Shown here: piece by piece, positions 18,887 through 28,932 of the stretch
How positions within the stretch are numbered: the stretch's first letter is position 1
Layout of the letters: every line of letters starts with the position of its first letter
DNA from: Nitrospirota bacterium
Lineage (GTDB): Bacteria > Nitrospirota > Nitrospiria > 2-01-FULL-66-17
Length of the DNA stretch: 64,000 bases
Direction: 5' to 3'
Assembly (NCBI GenBank): GCA_049325335.1
Contig: JBMOMC010000002.1
Span: forward strand, 160,001-224,000
Translations under genes and position numbers: made by a program
Notes under the pieces: generated by a model
Database searches by the model: none
The model's input: only the letters and a program-made list of their open reading frames with translations
Told to the model about the DNA's origin: nothing

Positions 18887-20845
18887 TCAGAAATACCAGT
18901 TCGCGGCCAACAACCATTCCCATCGGTCATTAACGGAGGAGACGGACGCGCGAAGATCCACGTTGCGGCCGACCGCATACCGTTGATTCAGCGAAGCTCG
19001 CGTAAAGCGGGAGCGATTGCCCGCCGGGAAGCTTCGGTATTCAGCGGCCAATTGGATCCTCCACTGATCAGTGGGATTCACGAGCAATCCGATGGTTGGG
19101 CCTGCCCCCAGGCGGTATCGCGGGTCGAACCGGCTCGATAACTCCAGATCGAAATTGATGAGGGCATAGGCTAACACGGACAGGTAGCCGTCCGATTGAT
19201 GGCTCGCCCCGATCCCATATTGTCCCGTGAAGGCGCTGCAGTACCGACAATCGAGATCCTCAATCGGATCGACGCCGATGGCAAGCCGCCAGGATTTTTT
19301 CTTCAGCAACGGCTCATGCGGCGTGAACGACACGATGTCGATCAACCGGAATCGATGAAGTTGGAGCGTCTGTGTCTCGCGATAGTAACGTGCCGTGAAA
19401 TCCAAGAACAGGATTTGTGAGCCTCTGCTGTAGCCAGTATCCTGGGCCAGGAGATCGTGGTACGCGGGACGGATCGAGAGTTCGTGGAAGCTCTCGTTCT
19501 CATCGGCGCCGACTCCAACGGCTATTCTGGCGCTGTCATGGCCGAGTTCCGGCGGGGTCGAGAGGGGGGCGATGTCCGAGGCCTCTTCACCGCGATAGTC
19601 CAGCCGGCTTCGCTCCAACAGCAGGCTCCTCGTAGTCGCATCGATGGCCGTGGCCGTCCGTTCTTTTTGCATGTTTTGGTACTGGGCATAGTCGAGATAT
19701 GCGTCAAGAACCAAGGCTTGTTCGGGCACGCTCATGGTCCGGTACGCGTCGTCGTGAATAATCCCGGGGTCCTTGATCAGGCGGTATAAGAGTGCGCGCT
19801 GCGCGCGGGACATGCGAAGCCGTTTGTGATCCATGAGGCTGAGCAACGACGGACGGTAGATCCTCTTTGAGACGAGTCCCGGCTGTGTCGTCACCGCCTT
19901 GACCGTATCGGCGGGGATGACCTGGAAGCGGAATTGGTCCGTGAGGTGAAGGGCGGGATCAGCGACTTCCAGCAGCGAGAGGATGTGGTAGGAGCAGTTT
20001 TCCTGAAAGTAGTAATAGTGAAAATAGTTGCCCCCCAGCTCCCATAGATGGAGCAAGAGATACTGGGTTTGCTCTTCGTTCAGATGGAGTGCGTATTCCC
20101 AGAGATCGCGGCTTTCCAGGTTGCTGTACTCTTGCACCTTCACGTAATAGGGAAACAGCGAAAAGCGCCCTTTGAACGCGCCGAATAGTCCTTTGAGGGT
20201 ATACATCAACGGGTTGAGGGTGTCGGGGTCGGCGGCGTAGTTCACCCCGTAGGCGAGTAGTTGTTGTTGCGGGCCGCTGTGTTTTTTGTCGATTCGTAGG
20301 AAGGTGTGGCCGAACATCGAGGCGGGGTTGTTCATGTAGTACGCGGCGAACACCAACGTGATTTGGTCGGAATTTAAGTCCGTGAGCCATGCCGCGAGCC
20401 GGTCGCATCGCTGCTCCGGAAGTCGCGAGGGATCGAAGGATAGTTGCGCTTTGAGCCATTTGTATCGGGCGGGGAACACGCACTGCGGATGTTCCTCTCC
20501 GGGTGTTATTTGATCGGTCGGCGTGAAAAATCCTCTGAGCGTGGCAACGAGTTCCGCGTCCGGATCCGTTTTCCCGGTCGGCGAGGCAAAAAATCCTGGT
20601 CCATCTTCTTCGCTTTCATACGTGCCGAACACGGTTTGTTTATAGTGAACGAGAAGGTGCCAGTAGCGGGCGTGTGATAATCGTTGCCGGTCGGCTTGTT
20701 CGATCACGTGATCCGCGTAAGAGCGTTCCGGGACATCGACATCGGCGAAGGCTACGGACGTGGGTCCGCTAGAAGCCACGATCAACAAAAGGGCGAAGAG
20801 CAGTGTGACGAGGAAATCTCCGGTCTGGTTGAGGGGGGGCGTCAT
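18887..20845 (-). CDS. DUF4105 (Lnb N-terminal-like) protein with C-terminal beta-barrel
   Basis: CVFPARY, NNPASMFGHTFLRID, YYYFQENCSY; ends ANWYF. Confidence 0.85.
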   Translation of the reverse strand: MTPPLNQTGDFLVTLLFALLLIVASSGPTSVAFADVDVPERSYADHVIEQADRQRLSHARYWHLLVHYKQTVFGTYESEEDGPGFFASPTGKTDPDAELVATLRGFFTPTDQITPGEEHPQCVFPARYKWLKAQLSFDPSRLPEQRCDRLAAWLTDLNSDQITLVFAAYYMNNPASMFGHTFLRIDKKHSGPQQQLLAYGVNYAADPDTLNPLMYTLKGLFGAFKGRFSLFPYYVKVQEYSNLESRDLWEYALHLNEEQTQYLLLHLWELGGNYFHYYYFQENCSYHILSLLEVADPALHLTDQFRFQVIPADTVKAVTTQPGLVSKRIYRPSLLSLMDHKRLRMSRAQRALLYRLIKDPGIIHDDAYRTMSVPEQALVLDAYLDYAQYQNMQKERTATAIDATTRSLLLERSRLDYRGEEASDIAPLSTPPELGHDSARIAVGVGADENESFHELSIRPAYHDLLAQDTGYSRGSQILFLDFTARYYRETQTLQLHRFRLIDIVSFTPHEPLLKKKSWRLAIGVDPIEDLDCRYCSAFTGQYGIGASHQSDGYLSVLAYALINFDLELSSRFDPRYRLGAGPTIGLLVNPTDQWRIQLAAEYRSFPAGNRSRFTRASLNQRYAVGRNVDLRASVSSVNDRWEWLLAANWYF

Positions 20846-20864
20846 TCGGACCGACTTCAGAATA

Positions 20865-20917
20865 CGAGGGGGATACGATCCATCTTGCGACTAGGGCAAG
20901 TGATCGTATCCCCCTCG
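20865..20917 (-). terminator. Strong intergenic hairpin between DUF3015 and DUF4105 genes
   Basis: CGAGGGGGATACGATC...GATCGTATCCCCCTCG inverted repeat. Confidence 0.55.
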
Positions 20918-20936
20918 GGATTACAAAGACCGGATC

Positions 20937-21422
20937 TCAGTTCATGCAGGACGCGGTCAGCGTCGCGTCCTGCTCGACAACGCCTTTGACCGCGGTCAAC
21001 ACCGCGCCGGGGGAAGCCGCGTCGTCCGAAAAGATTTCTCCATAATGACGTTGGACGGCGGTGTTAAAGTGCTCCCGCCCGGTGGCGGGGCACCCGAGCA
21101 GTCCGGCCAACACCGTGAGGCGCTCGCCGTTGCCCGAGGCCATCTCCTTGGCGAGATCAGCGTAATTGTTCGCGACGAATTCTTCCTGTTGCTGTTGGGC
21201 CAACACGACCCCCTTCGCGTCACAGTTCGAGGTGCCGGAGGTGATTCCGAACGCTTGGCTGTAGGACGTGCCGTTCGTGGTCGCGGCAAACACTTGCACG
21301 AACCCCGGGGCGTCGCCGAACACGAGCGAGCCTAACCCACAGCCCGCGTCGCCGTAACCCGCGGCAAAGGCTGACGGGGAGATAAATAACGCTCCAGCAA
21401 CGGCTAAGAAGTACTTCTTCAT
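20937..21422 (-). CDS. DUF3015 family exported protein
   Basis: AFA signal; GCGLGS, AATTNGT, FGITSGTSNC, EMASGNGERL. Confidence 0.85.
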   Translation of the reverse strand: MKKYFLAVAGALFISPSAFAAGYGDAGCGLGSLVFGDAPGFVQVFAATTNGTSYSQAFGITSGTSNCDAKGVVLAQQQQEEFVANNYADLAKEMASGNGERLTVLAGLLGCPATGREHFNTAVQRHYGEIFSDDAASPGAVLTAVKGVVEQDATLTASCMN

Positions 21423-21502
21423 GGATCCCTCCTCTATGTTGAGCAATTTGGCGTTTGTTTAGTCGACGATATGGATGGGCTCGATGGCGCCGGTGCGGCG
21501 AT

Positions 21503-22003
21503 CTAGACTCGATTGCACGACGTGGAGAGGCCCGGGTCTTTGGCCAATTCCCGCTTCAACGTAATCAACATGGCCTGGGGATCGGTGTCGTTGCTGGGGA
21601 AAATCGTTTCGTAGTGTTCCTTGGTGAAGGAACCAAAACTCCCGGTCTGTTCGGCCGGGCATCCCAGGAGGCCGGCTAGGGTATTCAGGTACTCCCCTTC
21701 GCCAACCGCCATTTCTTTTGCCAAACCATTGAAGTTGTTTTCAGTAAAGATCTGTTGTTCCTGCTGGGCCAACACCGCTTTCTTGGCGCCACACTCCGAT
21801 GTACCGGAGGTAATCCCGAACGTCTGGTTCCCGAGGACGCCGTTCAATAACCAGGCGCCGATTTGAGGGAGGATCTTATTCTCCTTAATCAACATTCCCC
21901 CGAAACCGCAACCCGCCGCTCCATAACCGGCCGCGAGCGCCGCGGAACCGGTGACTAACGAAAAAGACACCAGTAGTGCAGCCACCACAGGAAACCTTCG
22001 CAT
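21503..22003 (-). CDS. DUF3015 family exported protein
   Basis: GCGFGG, NQTFGITSGTSEC, EMAVGEGEYL. Confidence 0.85.
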   Translation of the reverse strand: MRRFPVVAALLVSFSLVTGSAALAAGYGAAGCGFGGMLIKENKILPQIGAWLLNGVLGNQTFGITSGTSECGAKKAVLAQQEQQIFTENNFNGLAKEMAVGEGEYLNTLAGLLGCPAEQTGSFGSFTKEHYETIFPSNDTDPQAMLITLKRELAKDPGLSTSCNRV

Positions 22004-22189
22004 GGGTAACCTCCTTGTTATGAGAGTGAGTGGTTGTCTGCCGGACGGAACGGGACCAGTTCCCGCCATGAACACGTCCCGCGAAATTCGGACACAGACT
22101 TATACTGTGGTCCCCAGGCGATGTCAAGCGCAATTCGGGTACAGTGTGTTCGGCGTAGATTGAGGAATCCCGTTCACATGAGGTCGTGC

Positions 22190-23104
22190 GTGAAGAATCG
22201 TCGTGCGCAACGCGGCGCTCGAAGCGACGCCGCGTTGCTGATGGTCGTGGCGTCAACGCTCGCGGTCTTTTTGGGGGCTTGTGACAACTTGTTCTATCAT
22301 CCGTCTCGGACAATGTTTATCGACCCGGTATCGATCGGGTTTTCATATGAAGAGGCTCATTTCACGAGTCTGGACGGGACGCGGCTGCACGGATGGTTTT
22401 TCCCGGCGGATTTTCCGGAGGGGCATGAGGCCGCGGCGACGGTCATCCATTTTCACGGCAACGCCGAGAATATCTCCACGCATTTTCAAGCCGCCGCGTG
22501 GTTGGTCCGCGAAGGATTTAACGTATTTATCTTCGACTACCGCGGCTACGGACAATCATCCGGTCAACCGGACACAGACGCGATCCAATCCGACGCGACG
22601 GCTGCGGTGCGCTGGGTGCGCGCGCGTCCCGGTGTGGATCCGGATCGGCTCGTGTTTTTCGGCCAAAGCCTCGGCGTGGCGATTGCGGTGCACGCCGCGC
22701 GACATGAACGGGCGGGACTCCGGGCCTTGGTGCTGGAAAGCGGTTTTGCTGGGTATCGGCGGATTGCGCGGGAGAAACTGGCGTCAAGTTGGATCACCTG
22801 GCCTCTGCAATGGCCCCTTTCATTTTTGGTGTCCGATCGCTACAGACCTATCGACGACATCGCGAGGATCGGCCGAGTTCCGGTGTTGCTGATTCATGGC
22901 ACCGCGGACCCCGTGGTCCCCTACCATCACGCCGAGGCCTTGTTCGCCGCCGCCAATGAGCCGAAGCTGTTGTGGACGATTTCAGGAGGCGGCCACACCA
23001 GCGCGTTCGTGCGCCACGGTGACGAGTATCGGCCCCGCCTGGTGGCATTTCTCAACGAACACCTCGCCGACGCGGCATTAGAATCCGCGCACGCGCCGCG
23101 CTAG
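22190..23104 (+). CDS. Alpha/beta hydrolase lipoprotein; start uncertain
   Basis: LGAC lipobox; FHGNAEN, DYRGYG, GQSLG nucleophile, HGTAD, GGH. Confidence 0.88.
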   Translation: MKNRRAQRGARSDAALLMVVASTLAVFLGACDNLFYHPSRTMFIDPVSIGFSYEEAHFTSLDGTRLHGWFFPADFPEGHEAAATVIHFHGNAENISTHFQAAAWLVREGFNVFIFDYRGYGQSSGQPDTDAIQSDATAAVRWVRARPGVDPDRLVFFGQSLGVAIAVHAARHERAGLRALVLESGFAGYRRIAREKLASSWITWPLQWPLSFLVSDRYRPIDDIARIGRVPVLLIHGTADPVVPYHHAEALFAAANEPKLLWTISGGGHTSAFVRHGDEYRPRLVAFLNEHLADAALESAHAPR

Positions 23105-25017
23105 AAATATCGGTTCACGCCGAAAATGATTTCCGTTTGATTCAGCCTCCGGCTCCATTGCAGTCGGGCATCCCAATCCTTGGCAATGGTGTACCGTTGG
23201 TCCAAGCGAATCATGAGGTCGGACGAGCGGTGGCCGAGCAAAAAGCCGCGATGGATCGCCGCTACGTGTGCCCGCCATCTCGACGTGACATCCACCAACG
23301 CCCCCGCGGTGGCCCCGAATCCGGCGCGATAGCGATTATCAAACATGGCGCCGTACTGCGCGGAGGTCTCTCCCAGAAGATACCAGACTTCACGGCGCCA
23401 CCATCCACTCTGTGCCGCGCCTCCGACCCCGAGTTCGAACGTCGGCGCGCTGCGATCGTGGAACGAGAGATCCTCGACCGGAACAACGCCGGCGCTGATT
23501 TGCCAGGAGAGTTTCGAGATCAGACGATCGTAGGGCGTGAGCGAGATAATCCGAATCACGTCGAGGCGGTGAAGGCTGACTCGGGAGGCCCGGTTGTACC
23601 GTACTACGGCATTCATGAATTCGAGGTGCGTGTTCGGCGTGTAGCCGGTCTCGTCACCGAGGAGATCGTGGAGCGCCGGACGGATCGCCAGTTGGCCGAA
23701 CCATTCCCCGGCGGATCGTCCGCCGCCAACCCCAATACGCGTCGTGCTGTGACCGCGCTCCGGCGGTGGCGGGGCTGGTGGCGGGGAGTCGTCGGACGCC
23801 ACGCGCAATGCCGCGCGCTCCACCAGCAATCGTCGTTGTTGGGCGTTGTAGAGGTCGGTATGGTCCGGGTCATCGATCTTTTGGTACGCCAGGTATTCGG
23901 TCGCCACGTCGATGACCGCCGCGCGTCGGGCGTCGGGCAAGGCTTCGAACGGAGCGGTATCCGTGACCGCCGGGTCTCGGAGCACGCGAAACAGCCACCG
24001 GTCTTCGGGGCGGTTCAGTAGGGAACGATGGTGGATCAGTTGCGTGCTCAGAGCGGGGCGAAACGACACCCGCGTGACGAGGCCTGGGACATCGAGTATT
24101 GCCCGGACCGTGTCGGTTGGAATTGTCCATCCGGGAAAGCGATCCGCCAGGTGCAAGGCGGGGTCGGCCGCGTCAAGAAGCGCGAGGAGTTGATAGGAGC
24201 AATTTTGGGTAAAGAAATAATAGTCAAAGTGCGTGTTTCCTAATTCCCACGCGTGTCGGAGCATGTTCTCGATCTGTGCCCGGGAGAACGCGAGGCGATA
24301 TTCCCAGATATCCCGGCTTTGAAGGTCGTTGTACTCCTTGGCTTTGATGTAGTAGGGCGTGATGGAAAAGCGCCCCGGCAACCCTCCGGTTAGGCCGAGC
24401 ACGATCGAGCTGAACGCGGTCGGGTTGTCCGTGGCGGCCGCGAAATTGATCGTATAGTCCAAGAGCCGATTGGCGTCCGCGCGACCGGCGCGGTCGATGC
24501 GAAGCAGGGTGTGACCGAACATCGACGACGGGTTGTTGAGGTAAGCCGACGGGAAAATGAGCGTTGCGGATTCCGGATTGAGCGCGGCCATCCATTCCCG
24601 GAAGCGCGCACAGTCTTGCGTGGGAAGACGAGCGGGGTCGAATCCCAAACGAGTATTCAGCCACGCGTAGCGGGCCACGAACCGGCACTGCGGATGAAGG
24701 ACTAGGGGATCGTCCACGGGCGGCGAGAAAAACGCGGCCAGCGTGGCGTCCAACTCCGCTTCGGGGTCTCGCTTCCCGTCGGGCGCCAGGAAAAAATCCG
24801 CGCCATCGGCCTCGCTGACCACGCCGCCGACTATCGTCCGGTGGTAGTGGAGCAAGACCTCCCACTCCCGGGTTCGGGCTAACCGGTGTTCGCGCGCGTT
24901 GCCGACGAGCTCAGCGAGATACGGCGCGTTGACCGGGGCGACCTGTCCTTGTCCGCTGCCGGACCATCCGAGCCAGAGGATTGCGGCAAGCAACAGGGCA
25001 ACGAGGGATCGCGGCAC
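23101..25017 (-). CDS. DUF4105 (Lnb N-terminal-like) protein with C-terminal beta-barrel, paralog 2
   Basis: CRFVARY, NNPSSMFGHTLLRID, YYFFTQNCSY; ends VNRYF. Confidence 0.85.
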   Translation of the reverse strand: MPRSLVALLLAAILWLGWSGSGQGQVAPVNAPYLAELVGNAREHRLARTREWEVLLHYHRTIVGGVVSEADGADFFLAPDGKRDPEAELDATLAAFFSPPVDDPLVLHPQCRFVARYAWLNTRLGFDPARLPTQDCARFREWMAALNPESATLIFPSAYLNNPSSMFGHTLLRIDRAGRADANRLLDYTINFAAATDNPTAFSSIVLGLTGGLPGRFSITPYYIKAKEYNDLQSRDIWEYRLAFSRAQIENMLRHAWELGNTHFDYYFFTQNCSYQLLALLDAADPALHLADRFPGWTIPTDTVRAILDVPGLVTRVSFRPALSTQLIHHRSLLNRPEDRWLFRVLRDPAVTDTAPFEALPDARRAAVIDVATEYLAYQKIDDPDHTDLYNAQQRRLLVERAALRVASDDSPPPAPPPPERGHSTTRIGVGGGRSAGEWFGQLAIRPALHDLLGDETGYTPNTHLEFMNAVVRYNRASRVSLHRLDVIRIISLTPYDRLISKLSWQISAGVVPVEDLSFHDRSAPTFELGVGGAAQSGWWRREVWYLLGETSAQYGAMFDNRYRAGFGATAGALVDVTSRWRAHVAAIHRGFLLGHRSSDLMIRLDQRYTIAKDWDARLQWSRRLNQTEIIFGVNRYF

Positions 25018-25021
25018 GGCG

Positions 25022-25062
25022 AAAAAACGGGGGCTCGTGCAACGAACGTTGACGAGCCCCGT
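25022..25062 (-). terminator. Intrinsic terminator between DUF3015 and DUF4105 genes
   Basis: Minus-strand CGGGGCTCGT...ACGAGCCCCCG followed by T6, ending 4 nt before the GTG start. Confidence 0.7.
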
Positions 25063-25083
25063 GTCAATGAGATCGTAAGGGCG

Positions 25084-25644
25084 TTACGCGGGCGACGCCG
25101 TGCCGGCCAACACCGGGTTGGTCGCCAGAATCGCCTTCAACGCCGCGAGCATGGCGCTGGAGTCGTTCTGCGCGCCGGGGAACAATGTCGCGTAATGCTC
25201 CTGCGTCAACGCGAAGAACGCCGGCTGGAGATCAGCGGGCACGCCCATCAACGTGGCCAGCGACGCCAGGTGTTCACCGCGTCCCTGGGCCATTTCCTGC
25301 GAGAGGTTTTCGATCGTGGCTTGCGCGTAGATGGCGGTCTCGTGTTCGCGGCTGACGATCCCGTCCTGCGAGCAGCCGGATGTCCCGGTGGTCATCCCAA
25401 AAGTTTGGTTGCCGAACGTCGCGTTAGTGGTCGCAGCGAGCACTTGCGGCAGCACGCCGCGTTGTCCTTGAAAGAGCATGTAACCCAATCCGCAGCCCGG
25501 TCCGCTCTTGGCCATCGGCCCCCCGGCTCCGGGCAATTTGACCGATAAGGTTTTGTCGGCGGCCAATGCCGAGGTCCACGGCGCCGTGGACAACAGGACC
25601 GCGACCGAAGCCACAATCAAAATTGGTTGAGTCCGTTTCCGCAT
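25084..25644 (-). CDS. DUF3015 family exported protein
   Basis: GCGLGY, AATTN, NQTFGMTTGTSGC, EMAQGRGEHL. Confidence 0.85.
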   Translation of the reverse strand: MRKRTQPILIVASVAVLLSTAPWTSALAADKTLSVKLPGAGGPMAKSGPGCGLGYMLFQGQRGVLPQVLAATTNATFGNQTFGMTTGTSGCSQDGIVSREHETAIYAQATIENLSQEMAQGRGEHLASLATLMGVPADLQPAFFALTQEHYATLFPGAQNDSSAMLAALKAILATNPVLAGTASPA

Positions 25645-25737
25645 GAGTCCCTCCCTGTTGAGGTGAACCTTCAGCACGATGCGTGGCAGGGCTATACCAT
25701 AAGCGGGCGGAGAGGTTCAACCGATCGTGACGGCGGG

Positions 25738-26478
25738 TTAAGGGGTCTGGGAGATGGCCCTGGCGATTTCCTCCGTCACTCGATCGGCTGCTTCAGCGGG
25801 GTCTTTGGCCGCGCGGATCGGCCGGCCCACCACAATAAAGTCCGCGCCTGCGGCAATCGCCTCGGCCGGAGTCGTGGCGCGGCGCTGATCGTCCCCGGGA
25901 ACAGCGGCCCACGCCGGACGGATGCCGGGGGTGACAACCAGAAAGTCGGGACCGAATGTCTGCTTGATCGCGCGGACCTCGTGGCCGGAGCAGACCACGC
26001 CCGCGCAGCCCGCGTCGCGGGCGATGGCGGCGCGACGCAGCACCAACCCCTCGACGGTCAGGTCGGGCGCGTACCAACCGGTGGCGGCCATCTCGGTTTT
26101 CCCGAGGCTGGTCAAGGCCGTGACCCCGAGCAACTGGGGCGACGTCGCACGCGTGTCAGGACCCGAGAGGCTGTCGCTCTGCTCGCAGTGGACGGTGAGA
26201 AATCGCACGCGGGGTCTTGACGCGGCGGCGATGGCCGCGCGGACGGTGGCCGGGATGTCGTGCAGTTTCAGATCGAGGAACACGTCGGCGTCGCCGAGAT
26301 CCGCGATCGCGTCGATAAGGGACGGCCCGGTGCTCACGAACAATTCCAAGCCGACCTTGAACAGGCCAACGCGGCCTTTCAACGCGGTAACCAGGCGGCG
26401 GGCGTCCGCGGCAGACGGGACATCCAGCGCGACGATCAACGTGTTTTTGGCCGTGGCGCGAAGGTCGGTCACGGGCAT
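25738..26478 (-). CDS. pyrF: Orotidine-5'-phosphate decarboxylase
   Basis: IVALD, KVGLELF, FLDLKLHDIP, TPGIRP, VVGRPI. Confidence 0.95.
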   Translation of the reverse strand: MPVTDLRATAKNTLIVALDVPSAADARRLVTALKGRVGLFKVGLELFVSTGPSLIDAIADLGDADVFLDLKLHDIPATVRAAIAAASRPRVRFLTVHCEQSDSLSGPDTRATSPQLLGVTALTSLGKTEMAATGWYAPDLTVEGLVLRRAAIARDAGCAGVVCSGHEVRAIKQTFGPDFLVVTPGIRPAWAAVPGDDQRRATTPAEAIAAGADFIVVGRPIRAAKDPAEAADRVTEEIARAISQTP

Positions 26479-27092
26479 CACAGCGCGGGTGATGTGCCTT
26501 GTTGATCGCCCGCATAGTAGGGCGTGGAGCCGCTCGCGTGATCGGTGGTGTCCACCACGCCGGTGAGTTCGGGGAACTCGTGGGACAACACGCGCATGAT
26601 CCCGTCGCGCAAGGTCTTGGTCGCCATGCTGCACCCCTGGCAGCCGCCGGACATTTCCACGTAGGCGACCGTGTCTTGCAGATCCACGAGCCTGACCCGT
26701 CCCCCGTGTTGGGCGAGGCCCGGGTTGATGGTCTGATCGAAGACCGCGCTGATCCGGCGGGCAAGGTCGCTGTCCCACGCCGGGTTCGGGTTGTCGATGA
26801 CCCAGCCCTGCGTGAATCCCGATGACAGGTAGTCGATTTCCGCGCCGCGGATCCACTCCACGCTCGCGTGATTCAGATACAACGTCCGCGCGCCGCACGC
26901 GATGGTGGGGTCGCGCGGATCGATCTGATCAGGGGCCACGAAGTCGAACGTGTAGGTGAAACTGCCCTTCTCGCGTCCCACGGTCAGCCGGACTCCGATA
27001 TTTCGGCTCCCGGCTAAGGCGGACTCCACCTTGGCAATCGCCTGGTCGGTGAGCCGCACGATCGGGCGGCTCTCGGTGGCTGGTTCGGTCAT
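26478..27092 (-). CDS. nfuA: NfuA-like Fe-S carrier (degenerate A-type domain + NifU-C)
   Basis: IDNPN, INPGLAQHGG, GGCQGC, DTTDH. Confidence 0.85.
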   Translation of the reverse strand: MTEPATESRPIVRLTDQAIAKVESALAGSRNIGVRLTVGREKGSFTYTFDFVAPDQIDPRDPTIACGARTLYLNHASVEWIRGAEIDYLSSGFTQGWVIDNPNPAWDSDLARRISAVFDQTINPGLAQHGGRVRLVDLQDTVAYVEMSGGCQGCSMATKTLRDGIMRVLSHEFPELTGVVDTTDHASGSTPYYAGDQQGTSPAL

Positions 27093-27269
27093 GACGCGGT
27101 CCCTCGGGTTCGTCCGTCTGAACGTGCTGCGTTGGGGCATTGTCTCAGACCGGGCGGTGCGAAGCAAGCCGCCATGGGCAGGGCTCGGCGGTTTTGACGG
27201 CCCGTGGATTGGCGCATAGACTTTCCCGGTGGTCACGCGCCGGCGTTGATCCGGCAGAAAGGGCAAGCC

Positions 27270-27653
27270 ATGGAAAATCCTGCGAATCGTCGAGAGTTCA
27301 CGCGGGTCAACATCTCGGTGGCGGTCGAGTTGTCCCCGCCGAATCAGCCCAAGATCGCCGGCCAAGGCCGAAGCCTCAGCGTAAAAGGCGTCTACGTCGC
27401 GAGTCCGCGGACACTGGCTCCGGGGACGGACTGTCCAATCACGATCATCCTCACCGGCGGCGGGGAGCCCATGTCCGTGCGAGTTTCGGGGAAGGTCGTG
27501 TACACGAATAAAGAGGGCATGGGCATCGAGTTTTTCGAGATGGATACCGAGAGCTTCATCCACCTCCAGAATCTCGTGCTCTATAACTCGCTGGATACCG
27601 CGAAGGTGGAGCGCGAGTTTGAAGAACACAACGGGATCAAACGCAAGGGATAA
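27270..27653 (+). CDS. PilZ domain protein
   Basis: RREFTR RxxxR motif; SLSVKG variant of D/NxSxxG; GMGIEF. Confidence 0.8.
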   Translation: MENPANRREFTRVNISVAVELSPPNQPKIAGQGRSLSVKGVYVASPRTLAPGTDCPITIILTGGGEPMSVRVSGKVVYTNKEGMGIEFFEMDTESFIHLQNLVLYNSLDTAKVEREFEEHNGIKRKG

Positions 27654-27682
27654 CGCAGGTCGTCACCCTCATCGGAGGGAAA

Positions 27683-27757
27683 TGGTGGGCGATGCTGGTA
27701 TCGAACCAGCGGCCTCTTGCGTGTGAAGCAAGCGCTCTACCACTGAGCTAATCGCCC
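27683..27757 (-). tRNA. tRNA-Val(CAC)
   Basis: GGGCGATTAGCTCAGTGGTAGAGCG, anticodon CAC, encoded CCA. Confidence 0.95.
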
Positions 27758-27770
27758 GATCACGGCAAAA

Positions 27771-28901
27771 TCAAGAAGTTGCATTGTACTTATCCGCCCC
27801 GTCCGAGTCAATTGTGCTCGCCGTTGTGCTCGCCGGGGCCTCGGGGCCGACTATTCCGAGTAAGTTCCGCACCGTGGCGCGGTCTTGTGCGAGGGCGGTC
27901 AGCTTCGTGCGTGCCACGTCCAAATCGCGGGCACTGACAATCGCATAGCGGTCGAACACACTGCGCGTCTTATGCCCGGACATCCGCATGGCCACCACGT
28001 CCGGAATCCCGGCCTGCACCATGTTCCGCACCGCGCTGCGCCGCAAATCGTGAAACAACCGTCCCTCCTGCCCCGCCTTCTTTGTGCCGTCGGTCCACGC
28101 GCGCCGAAAGTGGGTGATTCGCTTCCCGCGGAAATGACACACCCACGGACAATCGGGATACTCGGCCCGCGTCATGCGCCGCCACTCCATCAGGAGGGCG
28201 TGGACCTCGGGAATCAACGGGGCCTCGCGGCCCTCGTTATTTTTCGTCGTGCCCGGCTCCAGCCGGATCGTGCCGTGTTCCAACTCCACCTGGTCCCAGC
28301 ACAACCCGAGTATTTCCCCTTGCCGCAGCCCGGTCCAAAAGGCAATGGCCACCGCTACCCGCACGTGGGGAAGCACCACTGCCATCAGCGTGCGGTAGTC
28401 CTCTTCCTCAAAAAAGCCCTTCCGGACGTTCTCGCCCTTAAGCAGCGGAATGTAGGGGGTGCTGGCCACCAACGGCGGCTGGGCGCGCGCGCCCAGCGAG
28501 AACATGCGCTTCAGGGCGGTCAGCTCCCGGTTAATCGTGGCGGTGGCGCGGCCCTCCGCGCGCCGTCGCGCGATGTGCTCGCGAATCCGCATCGTGCCGA
28601 GTTCAGACGCCAAGAGGCCGCGGAACGTCTTCGTGAGATTGACCACGTGCGCCGACGCCGTATCCAGGCTGCGCCGGTTGTTCAGGCGGTAGTCATCCAG
28701 ATACAAGGCCGCCAGTTCGTCGAGCGTCGTGCGTTCGGCCTGCACTGCGGGCGCGCGGCCGTTGGCCACGTCGCCTTCGCGCCGTTTCAGCAGTGTCGAT
28801 GCGACGGATTTGAGGTCAGCGCCGGACGACTCCCGGAATAACTGGCCGCGGCGGTAGTACTGCACCCACCACACCCGGCCGCGTTTGTAGACACGTCCCA
28901 T
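27771..28901 (-). CDS. Tyrosine recombinase (integrase)
   Basis: TGLRQGE, TKN, HDLRR, SGHKT, RY catalytic set. Confidence 0.95.
   Translation of the reverse strand: MGRVYKRGRVWWVQYYRRGQLFRESSGADLKSVASTLLKRREGDVANGRAPAVQAERTTLDELAALYLDDYRLNNRRSLDTASAHVVNLTKTFRGLLASELGTMRIREHIARRRAEGRATATINRELTALKRMFSLGARAQPPLVASTPYIPLLKGENVRKGFFEEEDYRTLMAVVLPHVRVAVAIAFWTGLRQGEILGLCWDQVELEHGTIRLEPGTTKNNEGREAPLIPEVHALLMEWRRMTRAEYPDCPWVCHFRGKRITHFRRAWTDGTKKAGQEGRLFHDLRRSAVRNMVQAGIPDVVAMRMSGHKTRSVFDRYAIVSARDLDVARTKLTALAQDRATVRNLLGIVGPEAPASTTASTIDSDGADKYNATS
27783..27811 (-). promoter_or_regulatory. Element-encoded sigma70 promoter for tRNA-Val, inside the integrase 3' end
   Basis: TTGACT-17 bp-TACAAT on the minus strand, ~25 nt before the tRNA. 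Confidence 0.75.
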
Positions 28902-28932
28902 AAGCGATCGATCGCTCCGCGCGGGCCAAAAG

